Origin: Carpediemonas membranifera BICM
Taxonomy: Eukaryota; Protista; Fornicata
Length of the DNA stretch: 64,000 nucleotides
Assembly: GCA_019828565.1 (NCBI GenBank)
Contig: JAHDYR010000005.1
Span: 843,342-907,341, forward strand
Direction: 5' to 3'
The position numbers and the translations under genes are program-made. The notes below the pieces were generated by a model that saw only the letters and a program-made list of their open reading frames with translations, was not told the DNA's origin and ran no database searches. Each line of letters begins with the position of its first letter. The first letter of the stretch is position 1. Positions 50,337 to 60,495 of this stretch are shown one piece after another.

Positions 50337-51218
50337 TCAGCGCCGGGCCTTCTTCGCGCCCAGTAGGACGACCGCGAGGACGCCGCCGGCCGTCAGGGCA
50401 CCTGCGCCGATCGTCGCCCAGAATGCAGAGCTCTGCCACCAGGCGTCGTGATCGGGGTTGACTGTGACCTTCGTCTCAGCGGGCTGCTCGGGCTCCATGG
50501 TGTCTTCGGGCAGCGTCTCCTCCTGGACGACGGGGCAGGCCCGCTCCACGGGGGCGGGGGCGGCGAGCTCGGCCACGCGCTCGGCCTTCAGTTGGGCGAG
50601 CTCTTCTTCTTGCTCGGCGAGCCTCTTCGCGTGTGCGGCCTCGATGTCGGCGAGCGACTGCTTGGCCAGCTCGGCCTGCTGGCGCAGGTGGGCGATCTGC
50701 TCCTCATATTCGTGGAGCTTTGTCTGCTGGTCGGGCTGCCAGATCTTCGGGTTGACGGGAGGCAGCGGGGGCGCGACGAGGGGAGGGCCGAGGGCCAGCG
50801 TCATGTCGCGGGCGTTGCTGAAGAACCGGTCGCACGCGGCCTTGTCGAGGTGGTTGTTGACCGCGGCGGGGTTGGTGGTCTCGTCGTCGTGCACGACTCC
50901 CCGCAGTTTCTTGATGGTGCGGAAGGCCGCGTAGGTGGGCCTGATGAGGACACAGACGGTGTCGGGGAGGACGGCCTGCAGCTCGGCCCGGCGGAGGTTG
51001 AAGAGAACCTTGGCCAGAGCGGGGAATTCGTCGAGGAGTGCGCCGGTGTCCTCCAGCTGCTGCAGCTTGTCCTGGACGGCGGTCATGAGCGCCTGCTTCT
51101 CGTCAGAGTCCTCGGCATACACACTGATCGCGTGGATGAGCGCCAGGAGCGACTGCGGGGAGCGTTCGAAGACCTTGTGGGCGAATGCGAGCTGTTCTGC
51201 GGGACTTTCCTTGTTCAT
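50337..51218 (-). CDS. Tail-anchored family type A, intact copy
   Basis: 293 aa, two substitutions relative to 32432-33313. Confidence 0.8.
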   Translation of the reverse strand: MNKESPAEQLAFAHKVFERSPQSLLALIHAISVYAEDSDEKQALMTAVQDKLQQLEDTGALLDEFPALAKVLFNLRRAELQAVLPDTVCVLIRPTYAAFRTIKKLRGVVHDDETTNPAAVNNHLDKAACDRFFSNARDMTLALGPPLVAPPLPPVNPKIWQPDQQTKLHEYEEQIAHLRQQAELAKQSLADIEAAHAKRLAEQEEELAQLKAERVAELAAPAPVERACPVVQEETLPEDTMEPEQPAETKVTVNPDHDAWWQSSAFWATIGAGALTAGGVLAVVLLGAKKARR

Positions 51219-51619
51219 GCTGTTCTGAAGCTAAATGAGGCCGGATCTCGATCTCGTGACCACTGTTGACATGGTTCCTGTGACGGGGGCGCGTCGGTTC
51301 CTGTGACACGACTCCATTCGACTCTGGTCGGCAAGAGGCGCGAATGGGCCGCTCCGCCACGGACGGCCTGTCTGACCAGCATGTGCTGGCTGGCGGAGTG
51401 TCGTGGCGTTGCTATCACGATTTCGCAGAATAGTCGAATCAGCAGAAGCGACGTCGCTGGCTCCTGGGAACCGGTCTGACCGCAGCAATCGTCAAATCGG
51501 CTAGTACCTCGCAGATTCAACCCGCCGCCCTCTCCGGCCGGTCTCTCTGCGGCGTTGCCAAGTGGAGGATGCGAAGGTGCCATTGTGCAGCTTATGTCAA
51601 GATCCACAAACCATTTGTA

Positions 51620-51793
51620 ATGCCGCCGAAAGAGAAGATTGTTATCAAGAATGGAAAGGTTGTGAGATCTATCGAGAAGCATCCTAAGCCAGAGAAGCCC
51701 AAGAAAACACAGAGCCAACAGCAAGGCTGCCATAACGGTCAATGCGGAGGTCAGCAAACACAAAGCAGCTTCATGTTCTGCACTGCTATGTGA
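51620..51793 (+). CDS. Small basic protein (57 aa) with a C-terminal CaaX box
   Basis: MPPKEKIVIKNGKVVR...FMFCTAM*; Lys-rich region plus terminal CTAM. Confidence 0.5.
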   Translation: MPPKEKIVIKNGKVVRSIEKHPKPEKPKKTQSQQQGCHNGQCGGQQTQSSFMFCTAM

Positions 51794-52400
51794 TGTATGA
51801 GAGGATCTATCGCTCGTGAGCTTTCCAACTATGCCTATTGATGACCCGTGCCCGTTGGACTCCGTAGGACCAGGCCCATGCACATAAAGGCATACTGAGG
51901 TCATATTGCTGTTATGAGGGGCGCATACAACCTTTTGGCCCTCTCTTCCCGACACTCCTGCTTCAACTCGTGCTCAATACACTGTGAGCCCAGCATCCCA
52001 GGACCACACTGCCCTGTCACTATTCTACACCTGGACGGGACTGGGGCATGATCCAATTGCCCGCTTGGCCGCTCCAACTAGTCTTGCACTGGTCCACCAC
52101 ATGAATGAGACCGTCATGTCATCATCAGCACACAACAGGATCCAATGCGCCCACACCGTTGTGGCCACCTGCACTAGCACCGTGGCGCAGACAATTATTT
52201 CATCACGAAAATCGAAATGATTGGTTGGAAAATCGAAAGACGCACCCAGCCATGACCCTAACAAGCTCACCAGAGACACTCTGCCATTTCCTGATATTTT
52301 GGGAAGAGATTTGCTGCGATACGATTTGATTCTTTGCCGAGATTGCTGTACGGAGCCGCGTATCTTTGCCAACTCCAGTTCGTACTTACGCACGACTGAC

Positions 52401-53162
52401 ATGTTCAACTTCAATGACCGTACTGTTGCTATCACCGGTGCCTCCTCCGGCCTCGGCATGCAAATGGCCAAGGGCTTTGCTGCCCAGGGCGCGAAGCTCG
52501 TTCTCATGGCCCGCCGCGTGGAGATGCTCGAAGAGCTCGCTAAGGAGCTTAAGGAGAAGCACAGCACCGAGAGCCTCTGCATCAAGTGCGATGTTACGTC
52601 CACTGAATCCGTTAGTGCTGCCGCCAAGGCTGCCGAGGAGAAGTTTGGCAAGATTGATGTGCTTGTGAACAACGCTGGCAGCGCCCACAACGCCGGTGTC
52701 CTCGACATGACGGACGAGCAGTGGGACTTCACCATGGACGTCGACCTCAAGTCCGTCTTCCTCGTGACTCGCGCCTTCGGTGCCATCATGAAGAAGCACA
52801 ACTACGGCCGCATCATCAACATCGCCTCCATGTACGGCATGGTGGGCAACACTGCCATCGATACCGTCGCCTACCACGCCTCCAAGGGTGGTGTCATCAA
52901 CTTCACCCGCGCCGTCGCCGCCGAGCTCGCCAAGTACAACATCACGTGCAACGCTATCTGCCCCGGCTACTTCGCCACCGAGCTGACCCAGTCGACCCTC
53001 GACACCGAGGCTTTCCAGACCTACATGAAGGGCACCGTGCCCCTCGGCCGCTACGGCACTGAAGGCGAGCTCAACCCTGGCGCCATCTTCCTGGCCAGCG
53101 AGGAGGCCTCGTACGTCACCGGCATCATCCTGCCCATCGACGGCGGCTACACTGCCGTTTGA
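52401..53162 (+). CDS. Short-chain dehydrogenase/reductase (gluconate 5-dehydrogenase-like, bacterial type)
   Basis: TGASSGLG, NNAG, YHASKGG (YxxxK), CPGYF, IDGGYTAV. Confidence 0.93.
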   Translation: MFNFNDRTVAITGASSGLGMQMAKGFAAQGAKLVLMARRVEMLEELAKELKEKHSTESLCIKCDVTSTESVSAAAKAAEEKFGKIDVLVNNAGSAHNAGVLDMTDEQWDFTMDVDLKSVFLVTRAFGAIMKKHNYGRIINIASMYGMVGNTAIDTVAYHASKGGVINFTRAVAAELAKYNITCNAICPGYFATELTQSTLDTEAFQTYMKGTVPLGRYGTEGELNPGAIFLASEEASYVTGIILPIDGGYTAV

Positions 53163-53194
53163 ATTATAAATATCTCTCCTAGCCGGCCGTTTAC

Positions 53195-54355
53195 TCAGCC
53201 CAGCACCTTAAGCCACTTAACACCGCTTTGCCTAGCCATGACCTCGACGGCAAGGTCCTTGCGATACGCCATGACCGTCAGATCCAGCCCCACGCTAATG
53301 CCCACACACTCGTCCAAGGGATGGACGTGCCTCGCCAGCCTGGCCCCGGGCACCACCACTGTGGCATCCCTCTGGTCGGGCAGACGGTACATGATGAGGC
53401 CCTTGCTCGTCATGAGGTAGAGGTTGTCACTGTGCGTTGTGTCGATGGCCGCGGACGACGCCATTACAGGGGGCACTGGGTATTTGGGCAGACGGGCCGC
53501 GGTCTCAAAGGTGACCTTAAGGGCCTCGCCGTGCGACCTCGAGGCGTTGACGTTGAATAGATGGATCGCGAGCGCCTCTTCCACGCCCTCCTCGAGGATA
53601 GCCATGAAGCCGCCGACTAGGCTTACCAGGCCCGACACAAGTCCGCACTGGCCAGGTGGGGATGCCCGGATAACCTGGGCAAGGTCGAAGGACGCCCGCT
53701 GCACACTGAACTTCAGCACTTGGCCGCTAGTGTTGCCCACAAACACCTCATTCTGCACGGCGAGCAGGCTGAGTGCGGAGGAGTTCGGACTGACGTCACG
53801 GTACATGGGGGAGTCGCGGCGGGAGTCCACAGAACGGACCTCCCAGTGGCCGGGGGCCTTGAGCGTTGCCACTAGCGGCACATAGTAGTCGGTGGCGACG
53901 ACTACTCTCCTGCACTGTGCTCCGCCGATGTTAACCCGGTGGAGTGGGATGAGATCGTTGCATGAGCCCAGCGCCGCCCCGTCAAGCGAGGCCACGGCGG
54001 TTTCTACCGGTTTCAGCTTCTCCTTGGCATCGAAATCATCGCGCTGGGCCTCGTTGTACGATATTGTGGCCAGAGCGTTGATGTCGAGCGTCACGAAGCC
54101 GGCCGAGAACAGGACATAGAGCATGCCCTCGTCCATGACCATTTTCAGGATAGCTTTCTCAGACCAGCTCATTGGCACGATATTAACTTTCAGCATTGGT
54201 GTAACATGCGCGTTTGAGGACGAGCGGGCCTCAATGAACGATTGCGCGGAATAGAACCATAAATCTCCTTGTGAGAGACCAATCGCTATGTAATTCTCCC
54301 TTCCACCAGAGATTGATGGGGCCTGAAGACGGCAAATGGATGTGATCTCGGCCAT
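53195..54355 (-). CDS. Hypothetical protein, probable beta-propeller
   Basis: 386-aa ATG-initiated ORF, beta-strand-rich, stop overlapping AGTAAA. Confidence 0.6.
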   Translation of the reverse strand: MAEITSICRLQAPSISGGRENYIAIGLSQGDLWFYSAQSFIEARSSSNAHVTPMLKVNIVPMSWSEKAILKMVMDEGMLYVLFSAGFVTLDINALATISYNEAQRDDFDAKEKLKPVETAVASLDGAALGSCNDLIPLHRVNIGGAQCRRVVVATDYYVPLVATLKAPGHWEVRSVDSRRDSPMYRDVSPNSSALSLLAVQNEVFVGNTSGQVLKFSVQRASFDLAQVIRASPPGQCGLVSGLVSLVGGFMAILEEGVEEALAIHLFNVNASRSHGEALKVTFETAARLPKYPVPPVMASSAAIDTTHSDNLYLMTSKGLIMYRLPDQRDATVVVPGARLARHVHPLDECVGISVGLDLTVMAYRKDLAVEVMARQSGVKWLKVLG

Positions 54356-54662
54356 GGGCTGTCTTTAGAGGCCGTCGCTACTCCGCATTTTAAGGGAAAA
54401 TCATGGACGGCCGTCCCAGAAGGGAGTCCCAGTTCACCGACGTCACCACCAACCTCAACCTTTATGTGAGCAATCATAAATTGGATAAGTCCCTTGCTGT
54501 TCCATCCTAGTGCAAACCATCTGATTGCTCTTAATGCTCTCATATGTATATACTGTGTCCCTTGCTTCACTGGCCACCTTACCATCTTGTGGCCACCTCG
54601 AGTCAAGCCTGAAGAGCGACTGCTCTGTAATCAACAGCAACACCCGTGACAACATATATTTA

Positions 54663-57600
54663 TCATAATCCGAGCCGCTGCAAACGGGATCGGAGCGAGT
54701 CAAGGTCATTCGACCCAGGCTTCGCGGGTACCGGCGCGGCCGACGTTGGCGGCGACTTCTTCGCCCCCGCCGCTCCCAACTGCTGCTTGATGTTCGACAA
54801 CCGGTCCATGTACGTCGATGCAAGCTTGGGCCTGCTCGCTGTGCGGAAGTGCTGCTTCCCGGACGACTCGAGCAGCGTCGTCTTGGGCATCTGGTCAGAG
54901 TGCGACCCGTCCCTGCGACCAGCGTCAGTGTCTGGCGAGTCGAGCGAGGCGGGCTCCTTCAACTCCGAGACAGTCGTCAAGGTCAACTCCTCGATGCGCT
55001 TACGAGGCAGCACGTGGGACAGCGTGGCCGTCGACTCAAGCGACTCCTCGACTTGACTCAAACTCGACTGTGACTTGGGGAACGACTCGGGTGGAGTCGA
55101 GTCGACTGGGGTGACGACAATGTCCTGGTGACCGGTGATGTTACGCTTACTCTCGGCGCTGTGGTCCGAGGAGACGGGCGCCTCCTGTCTCGCGAGGTTT
55201 AAGTCGGCGGGAAGCTCGTCTGCGGTCATCGACTTGACCGACTCGCCGAGGAGCCTGGATGCCATGCTCAAGGCCTTGTTGGGTGGCATCTCGACTCTGA
55301 GCGGAGTCACGGCCAGCTGCCGGAGCACCCACGCCTTCTTGACTGCGCTCAGGGAGTCTGGCAGCACCGCGCTGGCGTTGTGGGCCGCGTAGTTCGCCTC
55401 CTTGAGGTCCCTGACGAGGGTTTCGAGCGCCTCCATAGTCCATGGGTCTGTGTGCTGCCCAACGAGCTCGGACACGGTCATCAGGCGGGGGGCGGGCCCC
55501 AGGATGACGCGGATCTCGTCGGCACTCAGCTCGACGCCGTCCTTGAGCAGCAGGGCATGGACGGACTGACGAATGAGACCGGGGTGGTCCGTGATGCAGG
55601 GGAGCTCGCGAAGGTGGGCGATGATTCCCTTCCCGTGGCACTCGAGCAGCGCCGTGATCGTCGTCTTGGCCAGTCGGGCAGGGTAGTTGACTCGGATCAG
55701 GGTCGAGTCGGAGTCGGAGTTGTCAGTCACTGCGGAAACTGCGACGAGGAAGATGTGGAGCTCTCTGAGCAGTCTGGCGGTGTCGATGTCCTCGGGCGTG
55801 ATGGACCTCGACAGCTTCAGCAGGCACTTACCGATGAGCGAGAGCATCTTCTCCAGCATCGTCTGGTCGCCCCAAATGGCCCGAGACCGGGCCTTAGAGT
55901 GCGTCACGAACGGGTCCTGCAATGAGCGGACACATCGGGACGAGCGGGCTGGGTCAGCGAGGGCCTCGGCCAGCATCCGGGCGAGGTCGAAGAGGACGGC
56001 GAACGAGGTGGTCTTGGGGACGTTGTTCATGACGTTGAGTACGGTCTGATTGAACAGCCCCAGGATCTCCCGACCGTCGAGGCTGGAGTTGCCGTCGACC
56101 TCCTTGAGATCAGAGTCCAGCATCGAGATGAGCACCTCCATGAACACCGTGCGGAGGGCATGGCGGGAGACGATATTGGTGATACGGAGATCGTCAAAAA
56201 TAGATGCCAGGAGCAGGATGCCGTAGCGGACGAGACGCAGGGGCAGTGGGCGGTCGGTGCGGACGTGCTGCTGCATAACGGTGACGTAGCCGTGACACAG
56301 CTTGTCTGCCACGCCCACGAAGATCTTGGGCGTGTCCCGGTGTCTGCTGATGAGCAGTTTAAGGGATGAGATGATCACCTCGGTCTCGGACGACACATTC
56401 AGGGCTGCAATGAGGGTCTCGACCTCCGTGATCGGGTCGACGTGCATCGTCCGGATCTGGTGCAGCTGGGGCGTCGGCATGGGATCCCGGGTCGGCAGGA
56501 CAGTGAGCGTCGGCGTCGAAGTCGAGAAGTCGGGGCTCTCGTAGTCCAACAGCGGCTTGGGCGACTTGGCCTCGGGTAGCTTGGCCGGCTTGGCGTCGGA
56601 CTTGGCGTGGTCTTTCTTAGCGGGGCGGGCCAGGCGGGCGGCCTTCATGTCGCCGCGGGTTGCGGTAGGGGCAGATCCTCTCGCGGACTTGGGCTGCTCG
56701 GGCTCGGGTTTGGCGTCCTTGTGTGCTGATGGTTCCGAATCTGAGTGAATATTCGATATACGGGCGATCACAGGATCCACTCTGATTCTCTCGGCCTTCT
56801 TGAGGGACGCGGCCGCAGATAGCACGGGCTTCCGGCCCACGATGGGGAAGACAACCCTGATAAGCTCCTCCCCGCTTCGCCGCACCTCGACGTTGGAGTC
56901 GGTGAGCTGCGCCATGACGCTGGGAAGCATCTGTACAAGCATGGCCGGGGGCGCCCTTGTGATCACGGGGCTGTCCTTGGGGGCGAGGAGGAAGGAGATG
57001 AGGGTCGACCGGGCGACGTGGGAGTCGAGCTTCAGGCCAGTGGCGATGTGCTGGAGGGTGTTGGGGCCGACCTTCTCGATCCAGCCGCTGATGACAGCCA
57101 GCGCTTGTGTCCTGACCGTCGACCGGGTCGACGCCAGACAAGTCACGACGGCGGGCAGCACCGTGTGGGCGTGTCTGTCCGCGTCGGGGTGGACTGCGAG
57201 TGCGCTGATGTGCTTCAGCGTGGCCTGCATCGTGTTGATGTTGCTGTCGCTGAGTCGCCCCGCCATGAGCGGCATGTACGTCCGCAGGTTTGCCCGGGTG
57301 AGCTGCCCCGCCTCGCACAGGGCGGTCAGCTTGTCGATGGCTTCCTTTCGCACCTTCCAGTTCGACGCGGATATGTCCGTGATGAGGCCCGACACCTGCT
57401 TCGGGTTCGCCGCGACCTTGGCCTTGTCCTCCTTGGTAGCGGGGGCGGGCCCGGGCGCGGCTGTAGACGTCGCAGCGGGGGCGTCAGCCTTCTTCTCCCG
57501 GGGCGTCTTCGCCTTCTTGACGCCCTTCGCCTTCTTGGCCTTGGGAGCAGTCTCGGCGGCCTTCTTCTCGATGACCGCCGTCACCTGGTCCTTCTTGCGA

Positions 57601-59105
57601 TCGTCGATGGCGCCCAGCACGGCATTGACCCTAGCCGTCCCGTTAGCCACGTTCAGAATGGCGCAGATCGCCTGGGTCGCCTCGTCTCGCGTGGCCTCGT
57701 TGCGGTCCGACGTGAGCTTGGCCATCACTTTGGCCACGGGCTCGGCTGCATCCACACACCGCGCCGGATATGTCTCCAGCGCCATCCGGATGAACGTCGC
57801 GGTCCTGTGCCTGACGTCCGGCATCCGGTGGGCCAGGCCGGCCTCGATGTCGCCCCACATCTCACCTAGCGTCATGACACTGGCGACGACGGCGAGGAGC
57901 GTCTCCGTGACGGTCTCTACGATGGCCGGGCGGCGCTGCTGGAAGAGCTTGACGAGGGCCGGGACGGCTGGGGCAACGACGCCCTTCGCTGCGTCGCCCT
58001 CGAGGGCAACGAGACCAGCAATCCGGGCCGCCGCAGCAGCGACGTTGACGTGTTTGTCAGCGACCAGCGGGACGGCCTTCATGGCGCCGCTGGCCTCGAG
58101 GTCCTTCGTCTGTCCGAGTGCCCGGGCGGCGAGAGTGATGCCCATTGCCCTCGTGCTCCAGTTCGACGACGCCAGCAGCGCCAGCGTGTCGGATGTGTCC
58201 AGGTTCTCCTCCATCGCCTCCTCGGCGGGCGGAGGGATCTCGTAGTCGACGTCCCCCGTCGGCTGGACGGGAGCGCCTGTGTCGGCCTTCGGCCTGGCTG
58301 TCGGTGTCGCTGCCTTCCGGGTTGTGGGCGGGGCGGTCTCCCTCTCCCTCTCCTCCCTGTCATCCTCTGCCTTCTCGCCCTCCTTCTTCTCAAGCATGGC
58401 CAGCTGGGACGGACCGAGGGCTGTCCCGAGGGCCTTCTTCACCGCATCCACACCGACACACCCAGCGGCCCATCGGGCAATGACCATCGCCTCGGCCCGC
58501 ACCCTGCCGTTTGCGTGAGCAAGCAGTGCCTTGAACTGAGCTGTCGAGAGCACAGCGGGGACGTCGACAGCGCTGGGCGCGGCGTCGAGCTGTTCGCGGA
58601 GGTGGCCGATAGAACTCTGGACCTGCTTGAGGTTGCGGCTGTTCGTTGCCCCCACAAGACAGGTGATGACCTGCTCGTTGAACCCCTTCGCCCCCAGGGC
58701 CTTCAGGACGTCTCCGAGGGCATGCTTTGTTGGTGTCCTGGTGCTGGTCAGGCCACGCTTCACTACAGCGGTGAGAATGCTGTCGATCTGTCCAGAGACG
58801 TCGGCATCCTTATCAATGGCGGCTTTCAGGGCGAGGAGGGCTTTCTCTCGAGCCGTCTCGATGGGATCGCCGATAAACTTCGCATAGCTGGATATATACT
58901 CGTTAACAATGTCAGACTTGGGCTCAGCATCCTGCAAAAGCGCCTCGAGCTCGCCATAAGCCTCGAATCTGAACTTCCATGCTGTTTGGACCAGTTTCTC
59001 GGAAAGAGGGCCATCAAAGACTAGCTCTGGTGATTCTGGTCGCTCCTCTGGCATGTTGTTTCCCCCTCCTACTTCTATCGGTGGCGAGGAAGGTGTTTCA
59101 GCCAT
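54663..59105 (-). CDS. XMAP215: XMAP215/ch-TOG/MOR1 family microtubule polymerase
   Basis: TOG starts PLSEKLVQTAWKFRFEAY, SSNWSTR and ASNWKVRKEAI; family C-terminal region (VLNVMNN...SFAVLFDL, LIGKCLLKL); ends LRSRLQRL. Confidence 0.85.
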   Translation of the reverse strand: MAETPSSPPIEVGGGNNMPEERPESPELVFDGPLSEKLVQTAWKFRFEAYGELEALLQDAEPKSDIVNEYISSYAKFIGDPIETAREKALLALKAAIDKDADVSGQIDSILTAVVKRGLTSTRTPTKHALGDVLKALGAKGFNEQVITCLVGATNSRNLKQVQSSIGHLREQLDAAPSAVDVPAVLSTAQFKALLAHANGRVRAEAMVIARWAAGCVGVDAVKKALGTALGPSQLAMLEKKEGEKAEDDREERERETAPPTTRKAATPTARPKADTGAPVQPTGDVDYEIPPPAEEAMEENLDTSDTLALLASSNWSTRAMGITLAARALGQTKDLEASGAMKAVPLVADKHVNVAAAAARIAGLVALEGDAAKGVVAPAVPALVKLFQQRRPAIVETVTETLLAVVASVMTLGEMWGDIEAGLAHRMPDVRHRTATFIRMALETYPARCVDAAEPVAKVMAKLTSDRNEATRDEATQAICAILNVANGTARVNAVLGAIDDRKKDQVTAVIEKKAAETAPKAKKAKGVKKAKTPREKKADAPAATSTAAPGPAPATKEDKAKVAANPKQVSGLITDISASNWKVRKEAIDKLTALCEAGQLTRANLRTYMPLMAGRLSDSNINTMQATLKHISALAVHPDADRHAHTVLPAVVTCLASTRSTVRTQALAVISGWIEKVGPNTLQHIATGLKLDSHVARSTLISFLLAPKDSPVITRAPPAMLVQMLPSVMAQLTDSNVEVRRSGEELIRVVFPIVGRKPVLSAAASLKKAERIRVDPVIARISNIHSDSEPSAHKDAKPEPEQPKSARGSAPTATRGDMKAARLARPAKKDHAKSDAKPAKLPEAKSPKPLLDYESPDFSTSTPTLTVLPTRDPMPTPQLHQIRTMHVDPITEVETLIAALNVSSETEVIISSLKLLISRHRDTPKIFVGVADKLCHGYVTVMQQHVRTDRPLPLRLVRYGILLLASIFDDLRITNIVSRHALRTVFMEVLISMLDSDLKEVDGNSSLDGREILGLFNQTVLNVMNNVPKTTSFAVLFDLARMLAEALADPARSSRCVRSLQDPFVTHSKARSRAIWGDQTMLEKMLSLIGKCLLKLSRSITPEDIDTARLLRELHIFLVAVSAVTDNSDSDSTLIRVNYPARLAKTTITALLECHGKGIIAHLRELPCITDHPGLIRQSVHALLLKDGVELSADEIRVILGPAPRLMTVSELVGQHTDPWTMEALETLVRDLKEANYAAHNASAVLPDSLSAVKKAWVLRQLAVTPLRVEMPPNKALSMASRLLGESVKSMTADELPADLNLARQEAPVSSDHSAESKRNITGHQDIVVTPVDSTPPESFPKSQSSLSQVEESLESTATLSHVLPRKRIEELTLTTVSELKEPASLDSPDTDAGRRDGSHSDQMPKTTLLESSGKQHFRTASRPKLASTYMDRLSNIKQQLGAAGAKKSPPTSAAPVPAKPGSNDLDSLRSRLQRLGL

Positions 59106-59603
59106 TTGACTTGATTTCGCATTTTATGGCAATGCAATATTTTGATGATTTTTGGACGATACGACTGTCTAAAAGTCTAAAAGTAGTTCTTTTTGACCAC
59201 ACCCGTCCTAAAAGGGTTGAATCCAGTCAATTCTCAAAATCTTGAGTTGTCGAACATACTCTCAGGTCGACCCAAAGCCGAGGCAACATCTCCAGCGGCC
59301 AGTAACAAAGCTCTACATCAATCAAAAAGCTTGAATCTGCATCGTTTCCTGAGACCGGCTTGGGATGGCATCATTGGGGGTAGACCCGAGAGGGTATGTA
59401 TAATGCAGGTGATATGGTTCAACGGACTCGACCCGCGCCGACGACTTGGAGTCGCGCCGTAGTAAATGCCAGAGTGGAGTCTCTCTTCCAGCTTCTGAAG
59501 TCACCCAGGCCGGTATTGACCCAGCGATCACACCGCCATCGGCTGCGCCCCGCCGCACCAGCGACCTGCGAACCCCCAACCAACACACGAACTACTCATT
59601 TAC

Positions 59604-60208
59604 TCTACGCCCTGCTGTTCTCGAGCATGCGGCGGAAGCCGTGGCGCCCGATGACAGGGAGGCCGCGCGCCGCCGCAGTCCCAGTCGTCGTCGAACTTGG
59701 CGGCGTCGTCGTTGTGCATGCCGATGAGCGTGCGCGTCTCGGTCTGGCCGCCCTTGCCGTCGTCCTCCCGGATGAGCTCGACAGCGCGGTCGCCGATGGC
59801 GCGGCTGTGGACAGACGTCGTCTTGCCGTCGGCGCCGCGGACGGTGCGGGTCGTCTCGGTCACGCCGTTGACGGTCCTGGTCGTGGTCGAGCTGAAGCGG
59901 ATCACGGGCTCGCGGGCAGGTGCGGCGGGTGGCTCGCGCTGCTCCTCGGGCGTCGGCTCGGTCCGGCTCGGCTCGGGGTTGGTCTTGGCCTTCTCCTCCG
60001 GCTTGCCCTCCGGCTTCGGCTCAGAGGGCGCGGTCTGTGGAGCGGGCTGCTCCTCGCGGGGCTCCTGCTTTGCGTACTCGCGTGGGATGCGGACGTAGTA
60101 GCCGCCGTCAAGGAAGACGCGGGGCATGGGGGCGAAGAAGTCGTCGAAAACGTTGAACATGGATCTGTGTGAGCGTTTGAAGCTGTCAGGAACATACCTG
60201 CTGAACAT
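59604..60208 (-). CDS. MLF-like protein copy 2 (1-nt insertion near 59679 alters the C-terminus)
   Basis: Inverted duplicate of 7780-8382; reads GACTGGGACTGCG instead of GACTGGGCTGCG. Confidence 0.65.
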
Positions 60209-60495
60209 TGCTGCTTGTGTAGCTTGCTAACCTGTGAAGGTGTTTCTGCTGAAGTGTGGCGTCATAGCATCGATGGAATTCATCAAATCTCGGATCTGAT
60301 TGATCTCCGGATGCATCCCAGTCGCGTCAGCTGCGTGAACATGTGCTAATAGGGCGTGTGCTGGATGGCTCCGGCATGGGCCTGATGCCTAGCACCGGGT
60401 TGGAGCCTGTGTTGACCTGCATCTCGGCATGAAGTTACATACCAATCCCTCCAGAAACACCGATAAACGCTAGCCGTTTACGTAGGGTATATTAT

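Larger units (their letters stand above)
45254..51480. repeat. Direct repeat (about 6.2 kb) of 24499-30738
   Basis: Same order Trx, actin, Trx, type B, AzoR, type A, with few SNPs and indels. Confidence 0.93.

Noticed and set aside
54468-54530. 9-bp inverted repeat (GAGCAATCA...TGATTGCTC) with a CTGA, as a possible C/D snoRNA
   Set aside because: No box C (RTGATGA) on either strand at the expected position. It could be chance.
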